38,335 nucleotides of DNA, from positions 1 through 38,335 of the IMG/VR virus record IMGVR_UViG_3300032218_001136; one strand, given 5' to 3'. This document shows positions 25,012 to 32,837 of this stretch, one piece after another (within the stretch, counting starts at the first letter, position 1; each line of letters begins with the position of its first letter). The notes under the pieces are model-generated. The model was not told the DNA's origin and made no database searches. It was given only the letters and a program-made list of their open reading frames with translations. This DNA is from a virus. Lineage: Duplodnaviria > Caudoviricetes. The position numbers were made by a program, and so were the translations under genes.

Positions 25012-25455
25012 ATGTCAGATTTTGACAACTACGAAACAGAAGACCAAAACGAAAATGTCCAAAACCCTGTTAGGGCAAGGATGAAACAACTGGAAAAGGA
25101 AACTGCAGAATTGCGAAAGCAAGTTGCAGAAGCCCAATCAGCCCAACGAGAATTAGCATTTGTAAAAGCAGGCATCGACCCGCTTGCACCAATGGCAAAA
25201 TATTTTGTTAAAGGCTATGAAGGCGACATGACTCCAGATGCAATTCGTCAGGCTGCTGTTGAGGCACAACTGATTAGTCCCCCAGATTCCACACCGTCAG
25301 CAGATGAAGCACAGGCTTGGCAGCGAACACAAAAAATCGCTGCAGGTAGTCAGACAGCACAACCACCTGTTGACTGGAACCGAAGGATAAGCGAAGCACG
25401 TTCACCTCAAGAAGTTGACCAAATTTTGTCAGAAGCACGAGCAGCACAAAATTAA
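25012..25455 (+). CDS. Capsid scaffolding protein
   Basis: Acidic N-terminus, coiled coil, directly upstream of the major capsid gene. Confidence 0.75.
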   Translation: MSDFDNYETEDQNENVQNPVRARMKQLEKETAELRKQVAEAQSAQRELAFVKAGIDPLAPMAKYFVKGYEGDMTPDAIRQAAVEAQLISPPDSTPSADEAQAWQRTQKIAAGSQTAQPPVDWNRRISEARSPQEVDQILSEARAAQN

Positions 25456-25483
25456 TCCCTCAAACTTCTAAAGGAAAATCAAC

Positions 25484-26455
25484 ATGGCAAACGAGACCTC
25501 AACCTCGTCTCTCGCAGTTGACCAGGTAGCATTTGACCGCCTTGCGTACTTCGCATTGCGTTCAGAACTCCTCTTCGACCAAGCAGCAGACGTACAACCA
25601 ACACAGCAAGCAATGCCAGGAACTGGCGTTACTTTCACAATCTTCAGCGACATTGCAGCAGCAACGTCAACTTTGTCTGAAGCGACTGACGTAACCCCAA
25701 CCGCATTGTCCGACTCACAGGTAACTGTGACCTTGAACGAATACGGCAACGCCGTAGTTACCACCGCCAAGTTGCGTGGTACAGCGTTCTTGGACGTAGA
25801 TGCAGCAGCAGCAAACATCATCGGCTACAACGCTGGTGACTCAATGGACCTCGTAGTACAGCAAGTTCTTGCTGGTGGTACGAACGTTGCTTACGGTGGT
25901 GGCGGTGCAACGCTTCCAACAAGCCGTACGACTGTACAGACCGAAGACGTTCTTGTTGCTAACGACATCCGCAAGCAGGTTGCTGCTTTGCGTAGTGCAA
26001 ACGTTGCAACATACAACGGTTCATACATCGGCTTTATCCACCCAGACGTATCGTACGACTTCCGTATCGCTACAGACGCAGCAGCATGGCGCACGCCAGC
26101 GAACTACGTTGACCCATCGGGTATCTATAACGGCGAAATCGGCTTGTTCGAATCCGTACGTTTCGTAGAAACTCCACGTGCCTACAAGCGTGTAAACGTT
26201 TCAAACGGTTCGGGTGCAACTGGCAACATTGACGTATACGATACCTACATCATGGGTCGCCAGGCACTTGCCAAGGCATACAGCACCCAAGATGGAAACG
26301 GTGCAGTACCGAAGATTGTTCGTGGAAACACAACTGACTACCTCATGCGCTTGCAGCCATTGGGTTGGTACTGGTTGGGTGGCTACGGTCGCTTCCGTGA
26401 AGCAGCACTTCGCCGTATTGAATCGGCCTCGTCAATTGGTGTAAACGCATCGTAA
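25484..26455 (+). CDS. Major capsid protein (N4-gp56-like, HK97 fold)
   Basis: LSEATDVTP..LS...VTVTLNEYGN, YIGFIHPDVSYD and GEIGLFESVRFVETP; strongly biased codons, RBS AAGGA, terminator downstream. Confidence 0.9.
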   Translation: MANETSTSSLAVDQVAFDRLAYFALRSELLFDQAADVQPTQQAMPGTGVTFTIFSDIAAATSTLSEATDVTPTALSDSQVTVTLNEYGNAVVTTAKLRGTAFLDVDAAAANIIGYNAGDSMDLVVQQVLAGGTNVAYGGGGATLPTSRTTVQTEDVLVANDIRKQVAALRSANVATYNGSYIGFIHPDVSYDFRIATDAAAWRTPANYVDPSGIYNGEIGLFESVRFVETPRAYKRVNVSNGSGATGNIDVYDTYIMGRQALAKAYSTQDGNGAVPKIVRGNTTDYLMRLQPLGWYWLGGYGRFREAALRRIESASSIGVNAS

Positions 26456-26476
26456 TTGACTAAGCAGTAAAGAATT

Positions 26477-26509
26477 AGCCCCCTGCTTCGGCGGGGGGCT
26501 TTTTCTTTT
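26477..26509 (+). terminator. Rho-independent terminator after the capsid gene
   Basis: AGCCCCCTGC-TTCG-GCGGGGGGCT followed by TTTTCTTTT. Confidence 0.9.
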
Positions 26510-26539
26510 GCTACACTTCTCCTAGAACGAAAGGTTTGT

Positions 26540-26908
26540 ATGTCGATTTCTAACTATGCAGAACTAAAAATCCTGGAGCACACCACGGGTAAGACCGCGT
26601 GGACTATGCCAACAACTGTGTATGTGAAACTTCATACTGCTGACGCTGGTGAGGATGGGACTACGGCTGCTGCGACTAATGCGACCCGTACTTCTGCTGC
26701 TTGGGCTACTGCTGCTTCTGGCTCGATTGCGACTAACGCGACGATTACTTGGACGAATGTTTCTACTACTGAAACATATTCGCATTGGTCGTTGTGGGAT
26801 GCTTCTACTGCTGGTAACTGTTTGTGGACTGGCGCGTTGTCATCGTCTGCCGCTGTGACTGCTGGTGATACTTTTCAAATCACGGCACTGACGCTGTCGC
26901 TGGACTAG
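26540..26908 (+). CDS. Virion structural protein (tail-fibre-associated, beta-rich)
   Basis: SNYAELKILEH...VYVKLHTAD.G..GT...LWDASTAGNCL pattern common in phage structural regions. Confidence 0.7.
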   Translation: MSISNYAELKILEHTTGKTAWTMPTTVYVKLHTADAGEDGTTAAATNATRTSAAWATAASGSIATNATITWTNVSTTETYSHWSLWDASTAGNCLWTGALSSSAAVTAGDTFQITALTLSLD

Positions 26909-26922
26909 GAAGGTAGCCCCTA

Positions 26923-27159
26923 GTGGCAACAGGCTTTCCTACCTCGCTTGATGCGTTGACTAACCCGCTTTCTACGGATGCGCTTACTAGTCCTTCTCAT
27001 GCTGACCAACATGCGAACGCTAACGATGCTATTGAAATGTTGCAGGCTAAAGTTGGTGTGGATGGTTCGGCTGTGACTACATCGTTGGATTACAAGATTT
27101 CGCAGGTTCCTACGCTTAATGCGTTTATGGCAATTCTTACTATGGATATTGGAGTTTAG
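26923..27159 (+). CDS. Small virion protein
   Basis: FPTSLDALTNP...HADQHANANDAIE.LQAKVG; RBS GGAAGG. Confidence 0.7.
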   Translation: MATGFPTSLDALTNPLSTDALTSPSHADQHANANDAIEMLQAKVGVDGSAVTTSLDYKISQVPTLNAFMAILTMDIGV

Positions 27160-27161
27160 TT

Positions 27162-27500
27162 ATGGCTATTGGCGACAGAAGCGAATCACGACTTGGTGGA
27201 CCTACACAGTTGGGTACGTCAACTACGACTTTGGTTACGGCTGCTACTGGTTATGCGAACATTATTAAGCAGGTTGTTATTACTAATACGGATACGGTTG
27301 ACCGTACTGTGACATTGGCTGTTGGTTCTGCTGCGACTGCGGCTAACCGTTTGTTTTCTTCGTTGCCGATTGGTGCGAATGATGTAATGGTGTGGGATAC
27401 GGCTTTGGTGTTGGCTGCTGGTGAAACGTTGCAGGGTTTGTCTGATACGGCTTCTAAGGTGACGGTTACTGTTGTTGGTTGGACGAAGCAGACTGCCTGA
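27162..27500 (+). CDS. Beta-rich virion protein
   Basis: 112-aa ORF, IIKQVVITNTD...LVLAAGETLQG; RBS GGAG. Confidence 0.7.
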   Translation: MAIGDRSESRLGGPTQLGTSTTTLVTAATGYANIIKQVVITNTDTVDRTVTLAVGSAATAANRLFSSLPIGANDVMVWDTALVLAAGETLQGLSDTASKVTVTVVGWTKQTA

Positions 27501-28639
27501 TGGGTTTAGATAATGGTTATGGTGTTGGTCTTGCGGGGTTGAAGCCTGGGGTTTGTACTAGTACAACTAAGCCTGCTTCTCCGTATGTGGGTCAGGTTAT
27601 TTATATGTCTGATGTTGCTCAGACTGCAGTGTGGGATGGTACAGCGTGGACTGTGTTGGCTCCTATTGCTGGTGGCAGGAATGTGATTATCAACGGTGCG
27701 ATGGATGTGTGGCAACGAGGAACATCATTCGCTAATGCCTCGGCAAGCCCGTACTACACGGTAGATAGGTTTCAAACGTACAGGTCAACTGGAAATGCTG
27801 GTCTTACTGCATCTAGGCAAACATCAGCGTTGGACGGATTTACTTATGCTTTGAGGATGCAACGAGATAGTGGAAACACATCTACAACAGACATTATTCT
27901 TGCCCAAACATTTGAAACACAAAATGTTCGCAAATTCCACAACAAGTTTGTCACGTTATCCTTTTATGCAAGATGTGGAGCAAACTTTTCATCCGCTTCA
28001 TCGGCTTTGATTTATGCAATAACGACTGGAACTGGAACCGATGGAAGTATCGCCAACGGTTTGACTGGTCAGACTAACTCAGCCTCAGCCACAGCCACTT
28101 TGACTACAACGTTTCAACGTTTCACTGTTTCTCTTTCTGCTGTTCTGCCAACAACAAAAACTCAACTTGGGATTACCCTTTCATATACGCCTGTTGGCAC
28201 TGCAAGCACTAACGACTGGTTTGAGATTACGGGTGTGCAGTTAGAGGCTGGTTCTGTTGCTACACCATTTGAGTTTGAAGATGCACAGGTAACACTCGCC
28301 AAATGCCAGCGGTATTATTGGAGAAGTACCAACCAATCAAGCAACGTATACAACTATGTATCAGGTGCAGGGTTTGCACTTAGCACAGTAAACACCATAG
28401 GTTGGATTCCGCTTCCAGTAACAATGAGAACCACACCATCTGCTGTTGAATACTCAAATATTGCTTGGCGTAAGTATGATGGCGCACTTTATGCTTTAAG
28501 TGCTGTTGTTATGGACCAACCAAATAGCCAAAACATTGGCGTAGTTGGGACTACGACTGGTCTTACAGCAAACTGGTCTGGAAACTATTTCAATAACAAC
28601 ACAGCATCTGGTTATATTGCGTTTACGGCAGAGTTATAA
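27500..28639 (+). CDS. Tail fibre / receptor-binding protein with carbohydrate-binding-like domain
   Basis: ATG 27500 (TGATG); RNVIINGAMDVWQRGT and ITGVQLEAGSVATPFE...CQRYY motifs typical of phage fibre proteins. Confidence 0.75.
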   Translation: MGLDNGYGVGLAGLKPGVCTSTTKPASPYVGQVIYMSDVAQTAVWDGTAWTVLAPIAGGRNVIINGAMDVWQRGTSFANASASPYYTVDRFQTYRSTGNAGLTASRQTSALDGFTYALRMQRDSGNTSTTDIILAQTFETQNVRKFHNKFVTLSFYARCGANFSSASSALIYAITTGTGTDGSIANGLTGQTNSASATATLTTTFQRFTVSLSAVLPTTKTQLGITLSYTPVGTASTNDWFEITGVQLEAGSVATPFEFEDAQVTLAKCQRYYWRSTNQSSNVYNYVSGAGFALSTVNTIGWIPLPVTMRTTPSAVEYSNIAWRKYDGALYALSAVVMDQPNSQNIGVVGTTTGLTANWSGNYFNNNTASGYIAFTAEL

Positions 28640-28812
28640 TGTTTTACTATCTTGATATTGAAACAATGAATGGTATACAACGCCACATTCTGCAACCGCT
28701 ATCCGATGGTGGAGTTATGTCATTCCCTTTGATTGACGATAACCCGAACAAAGCCGCATACGACTTGTGGGTTGCTGAAGGTAACACCGCCGAAGAATGG
28801 CAACCACAATGA
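28639..28812 (+). CDS. Small fibre-associated protein (assembly-chaperone-like), 57 aa
   Basis: Hand-translated MFYYLDIETMNGIQRHILQPLSDGGVMSFPLIDDNPNKAAYDLWVAEGNTAEEWQPQ; coupled on both sides. Confidence 0.7.
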   Translation: MFYYLDIETMNGIQRHILQPLSDGGVMSFPLIDDNPNKAAYDLWVAEGNTAEEWQPQ

Positions 28813-28967
28813 CAATTTCTGCAACAACACAAGGGCGCAAACCAGGCATCTGCACAAGCACAACACGCCCCGCAAACCCGTCCACAGGACAAACCATCTA
28901 CGAAACCGACACCCAACTACTCAAAGTATGGCTCGGCTCATCATGGTCACTAGGACAAACCCTATGA
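28809..28967 (+). CDS. Stand-alone copy of the fibre N-terminal module, 52 aa
   Basis: Hand-translated MTISATTQGRKPGICTSTTRPANPSTGQTIYETDTQLLKVWLGSSWSLGQTL; ATGA overlaps on both sides. Confidence 0.75.
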   Translation: MTISATTQGRKPGICTSTTRPANPSTGQTIYETDTQLLKVWLGSSWSLGQTL

Positions 28968-29980
28968 CCGTCACAGCAACAACCACAGGTCTACAACCAG
29001 GAATCTGCACCAGCACCAACCGACCAGCCAACCCCTACACAGGTATGGTCATCTTTGAAACAGACACCAGCACCATGAAAGTTTGGTTAGGTTCCTCATG
29101 GTCAACTGGATACCAACACCTCTCAACATTCCCAATCGACTTCCTCGTTATTGCTTCAGGTGGTGGTGGTGGAAACGGTCACGGTGGTGGCGGTGGCGGT
29201 GCAGGCGGATATCGCACATCATATGGAACATCAGGTGGTAACGCTGCACAAGAATCACAATTAACAGTTAACGGCAACGGAACCACATACACGGTTACGG
29301 TTGGTGCTACAACAGCCGCAAACACAAACGGCAATAACTCGCAATTTGGTTCCATCATTTCTACTGGTGGTGGTCGTGGTGGTTATGAAGGAACGACTAA
29401 CGCCGCAGACAACGGTCAAACTGGTGGTTCTGGTGGTGGTGGTAGCGGTGAATGTTGCGGTATTTGGTCTGCAGGTTCAGCAACATCTAACCAAGGTTCT
29501 GCTGGTGGTGCAGGTAACACAGGTAACAACGCAACGTATGGTCGTGGTGGTGGTGGTGGTGGTGCAACATCTGCTGGTGGTGCTGGCGGTAACGGTGCTG
29601 CTGGTGCTGGCGGTAACGGCGGTAACGGTTTGTCTAACTCTATTACTGGTACTGCGGTAACTCGCGCTGGTGGCGGTGGCGGTGGTGGTTATGTTGCTTC
29701 TTCTGCTGGTACTGGTGGTGGTGGTGCGGGTGCAGCGTCGGGTGCTGGTGGTAACGGTACGGTGAACACGGGTGGTGGTGGTGGTGGTTCGGGTACTGCT
29801 GGTGGTGCTGCTCGTATTGGTGGTACGGGTGGTTCGGGTTTGGTTGTGATTGCGTATCCTTCTTCGTATCCTGCGTTGGCTTCTATTGGTGGTGGGTTGA
29901 CTTATACTGTTGATACTTCAAGTCGTGCGAATACTCGTATTTATACTTTTACTGCTGGAACAGGAACGGTGAACTGGTAA
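28964..29980 (+). CDS. Glycine-rich tail fibre / adhesin protein
   Basis: True start ATG 28964 within ORF 28733..29980; shared N-terminal module, polyglycine tracts, GGSGLVVIAYP. Confidence 0.78.
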   Translation: MTVTATTTGLQPGICTSTNRPANPYTGMVIFETDTSTMKVWLGSSWSTGYQHLSTFPIDFLVIASGGGGGNGHGGGGGGAGGYRTSYGTSGGNAAQESQLTVNGNGTTYTVTVGATTAANTNGNNSQFGSIISTGGGRGGYEGTTNAADNGQTGGSGGGGSGECCGIWSAGSATSNQGSAGGAGNTGNNATYGRGGGGGGATSAGGAGGNGAAGAGGNGGNGLSNSITGTAVTRAGGGGGGGYVASSAGTGGGGAGAASGAGGNGTVNTGGGGGGSGTAGGAARIGGTGGSGLVVIAYPSSYPALASIGGGLTYTVDTSSRANTRIYTFTAGTGTVNW

Positions 29981-30519
29981 TGCCTTTATCTAGTGTTGTT
30001 GGCGCACAGTCAATTGTTAAGCCTGGTGTGTGTACCTCGTCTACTCGTCCTGCGTCACCGTTTGAGGGGCAAATGATTTATGAGACTGACACAGGAAACA
30101 TATTGGTGCGAAACTCCTCTGCATGGGTTTGCATCACACCAAAATCATCATTAGATGAAACAACAAGAACTAACACCGTTACGGGTTGGCAAACGCAAAC
30201 AGGAGCACCTTCTGTTACTTTGCAAACTGGCACAAAGGCTTTAGTCACGGTTAGTGGAATGATGTCAATGGGTACAACCACTGGTTACGCATCTTTTGGA
30301 TGTTCTGTGTCTGGTGCTTCAACTATTGCTTCTTCAACAACAAAAGCAGCCTCAATATATTGGAATACTGGTGATTTAGGAAATGACAAAACAACATCAT
30401 TTACATATTTGGAAACTGGGTTAACTGCTGGTTCAAATACATTTACTTTTCAGGTCAACGGACCTGGCTCAACGATGACCGTTAAACAAAAGTCAATCAC
30501 CGTTGTAGGACTTCCATAG
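29980..30519 (+). CDS. Fibre-type virion protein with the shared N-terminal module
   Basis: KPGVCTSSTRPASPFEGQMIYETDT followed by a beta-sandwich-like domain (TGLTAGSNTFT). Confidence 0.72.
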   Translation: MPLSSVVGAQSIVKPGVCTSSTRPASPFEGQMIYETDTGNILVRNSSAWVCITPKSSLDETTRTNTVTGWQTQTGAPSVTLQTGTKALVTVSGMMSMGTTTGYASFGCSVSGASTIASSTTKAASIYWNTGDLGNDKTTSFTYLETGLTAGSNTFTFQVNGPGSTMTVKQKSITVVGLP

Positions 30520-30526
30520 GTAGCAA

Positions 30527-31525
30527 ATGGCTACCTCCTATAACCAAGTTGGGTACGTTTACAACCAAGTAAACGCAATCTACAACCAAGCCAACGTAGA
30601 ACGCACCGCCACAGGCAGCGGAACAGGCACACAAACCGCAACCCGTGTCATCACCAAACTACGCACCGCCACAGGCACAGGCGCAGGAACCGCCACATCA
30701 ACAGGACTTCATGTCGCACCAAGAACAGCAACAGGTTCAGGCACAGGCACAGCCACAACCACCAGACTCATCACACGGTCATGCACCGCAACAGGTGCAG
30801 GAGTTGGCACAGCAACCACCACAGGACTCCATAAAGCCCCACGGACAGCCACAGGCACAGGCACAGGAACACAAACCGCAACAGGACTACACACAGCCCC
30901 ACGCACAGCAACAGGGTCGGGTGCTGGAACACAGTCTGCAACACGCCGACTCACCGCCATCCGCACAGGCAACACCTCAGCAGGCTCAGGCTCATCAACC
31001 GCCAGCCGTGTCATCACCAAACTCAAAACAGGAACAGGCAGCGGACAAGGAACAGCAACTAGCATTGCTCTCCATGTTGTCGTTAGAACTTGCACGGGCG
31101 CTGGTCAAGGAATCTCGTCGGGAACGGCGTTCATCACGCGCTTCCGTACGGCGACGGGTAGTGGCACGGGAACACAAACTGCTGCGAAACTCCTCACCGT
31201 TATTAGAAGCGGAACTGGGGTTGGGTCAACAGTAGATACGTTTGCGGTGTGGATGAAATCTCATATCTTCCGACCACCATCAAGGGATAAAGTCAAATTC
31301 ACAGAACGTTTTAGTCCAGCAGATGGCGACCGATTGTTCCACTTTGCGGTCCACCGACCACGTGGGGATAACTTATATCGGCTTATCGATGGCTCACACA
31401 CCATTGTTGACCCACGTAGACCAGAACTTATTTCCCGCACCTACCTTGGTGGGCATGAATACTTCCTGGCAGACGATGAGATAGTAGAGTTGACTGCTGC
31501 AGGATATGGAGCAAACATTACCTAA
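30527..31525 (+). CDS. Virion protein with ~20-aa RTATGxGxG tandem repeats
   Basis: About 10-11 repeats, then a C-terminal domain paralogous to the next gene. Confidence 0.75.
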   Translation: MATSYNQVGYVYNQVNAIYNQANVERTATGSGTGTQTATRVITKLRTATGTGAGTATSTGLHVAPRTATGSGTGTATTTRLITRSCTATGAGVGTATTTGLHKAPRTATGTGTGTQTATGLHTAPRTATGSGAGTQSATRRLTAIRTGNTSAGSGSSTASRVITKLKTGTGSGQGTATSIALHVVVRTCTGAGQGISSGTAFITRFRTATGSGTGTQTAAKLLTVIRSGTGVGSTVDTFAVWMKSHIFRPPSRDKVKFTERFSPADGDRLFHFAVHRPRGDNLYRLIDGSHTIVDPRRPELISRTYLGGHEYFLADDEIVELTAAGYGANIT

Positions 31526-31824
31526 TGGCCACTTTTTCACCACCAACAGATAACTTTGTTATTTCAGCCCAGATTGCCGACTTCTATGGCAACATGCCAT
31601 TAGTTAAAGAAGAACGTCTTGGCAATAAGTTGGGCCGCCACATCAAAACATCACCACGCGGCAGAAATCTATTTTTGCTGACCACTGGTGTATATACGGA
31701 AAATCAACCGTATGACCTATCCACCATAGACAAGGTTTATTATGGTGGTCATGTCACTACACTCACTGCAGCAGAAGTAACATCACTTACCAACGCAGGA
31801 TATGGGGCATACATAATAGCATGA
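31525..31824 (+). CDS. Virion-associated protein, paralogue of the C-terminal domain of 30527..31525
   Basis: Shared FxPP, PRGxNL, YxGGH and LTxAGYGA motifs. Confidence 0.72.
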   Translation: MATFSPPTDNFVISAQIADFYGNMPLVKEERLGNKLGRHIKTSPRGRNLFLLTTGVYTENQPYDLSTIDKVYYGGHVTTLTAAEVTSLTNAGYGAYIIA

Positions 31825-32108
31825 AACATCAGGAAACCCACCCAGGTTTAGACGTAGAAGGTTGCTTTGGATGCCGCATAGCGGGAGTGCGAATGGGAAT
31901 GAACACCACTACTACTCGTGGCAAAGATGTAGATGCCATTAATCAGACTGAGCGCAACTGGAATAAAGACATGCCAGCATACAAGCGCCTTCGAGCCAAT
32001 GGTTTACAACCCAAACAGATTGACGGTTCTGCAGATGTAGAAAAACGGGCAACTGAAGGATGGCAAGTACAGACTGGTATTCTCCCAGACCGAAAACATT
32101 TGCAGTAG
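31821..32108 (+). CDS. Hypothetical protein (H..HP...GCFGC)
   Basis: 95-aa ORF with ATGA overlap. Confidence 0.7.
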   Translation: MKHQETHPGLDVEGCFGCRIAGVRMGMNTTTTRGKDVDAINQTERNWNKDMPAYKRLRANGLQPKQIDGSADVEKRATEGWQVQTGILPDRKHLQ

Positions 32109-32118
32109 GATTTGAGTT

Positions 32119-32289
32119 ATGAAGAAACCAACTAAAGCCCAGAAAAAAATGACCAAGGTTATGCACGAGTTCAAGGGTGGGGCACTTCATTCTGGTTCAA
32201 AGAAAGGCCCAGTTGTAACTTCACGTAAACAGGCTATTGCTATTGCCATGTCTGAGGCAGGGAAAACAAAGCCAAAGAAGAAGAAGTAA
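32119..32289 (+). CDS. Lys-rich small protein, DUF6496-like, 56 aa
   Basis: Hand-translated MKKPTKAQKKMTKVMHEFKGGALHSGSKKGPVVTSRKQAIAIAMSEAGKTKPKKKK. Confidence 0.8.
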   Translation: MKKPTKAQKKMTKVMHEFKGGALHSGSKKGPVVTSRKQAIAIAMSEAGKTKPKKKK

Positions 32290-32681
32290 TGGCTTCTGAA
32301 AAGCCTATCAATGGTTGCCCACCTGCAACTCAAGATATTTCTGTCAACATTGCTAATCGTCAGATTGCTATTGATAAGGCCAACTATGGACCAATGAACC
32401 CTGGTTTGCCAAATGATGATTTCTGGAAAAAGAAAGCGGCTATTTTCAAGACAACTTCCGATGTTGCCAAGACTGCCCGTTGCAAAAATTGTGCCGCATT
32501 TATTCAGACTTCGCAGATGCTTGAGTGCATTACCAAGGGTTTAGGCGATGAACCAGGCAATATGTCTAAAGAGGTTATAGACAAAGCAAATCTGGGTTTC
32601 TGTGAAATTTTTGACTTTAAATGTGCAGGTGACAGAACCTGTGATGCCTGGGTATTTAACGGACCTATAACCCGTAAATAG
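32289..32681 (+). CDS. Cys-rich protein with HiPIP-like cysteine pattern
   Basis: CKNC...GFCEIF...CAGDRTCDAW. Confidence 0.65.
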   Translation: MASEKPINGCPPATQDISVNIANRQIAIDKANYGPMNPGLPNDDFWKKKAAIFKTTSDVAKTARCKNCAAFIQTSQMLECITKGLGDEPGNMSKEVIDKANLGFCEIFDFKCAGDRTCDAWVFNGPITRK

Positions 32682-32714
32682 TCTGGTAAAGTCTAGCCAT
32701 CGAAAGGATTCTCT

Positions 32715-32837
32715 ATGAGCATGAAGTCTGAAAAATATAAATCTAAGGCTGCTATGAAAAAACATGAAGGCATGGAAACTCCTGGCAAAAAGAAACAAGA
32801 ATCATCTATGATGAAGAAGCCTAAGAAAAAGAAGTAA
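32715..32837 (+). CDS. Lys/Met-rich peptide, 40 aa
   Basis: Hand-translated MSMKSEKYKSKAAMKKHEGMETPGKKKQESSMMKKPKKKK; RBS AAAGGA, extended -10 at 32684-32692. Confidence 0.7.
   Translation: MSMKSEKYKSKAAMKKHEGMETPGKKKQESSMMKKPKKKK

Noticed and set aside
28733-28963. N-terminal 77 aa of ORF 28733..29980
   Set aside because: It is an off-frame reading of the two small genes 28639..28812 and 28809..28967.
27500-30150. Diversity-generating retroelement or invertase shufflon behind the repeated fibre modules
   Set aside because: No reverse transcriptase or site-specific recombinase is recognisable, and the copies are diverged at synonymous sites rather than forming a near-identical TR/VR pair.
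30645-31235. Gln/Pro-rich alternative-frame ORF of 196 aa
   Set aside because: By-product of the A/C-rich repeat codons, which lack stops in the shifted frame; no RBS.
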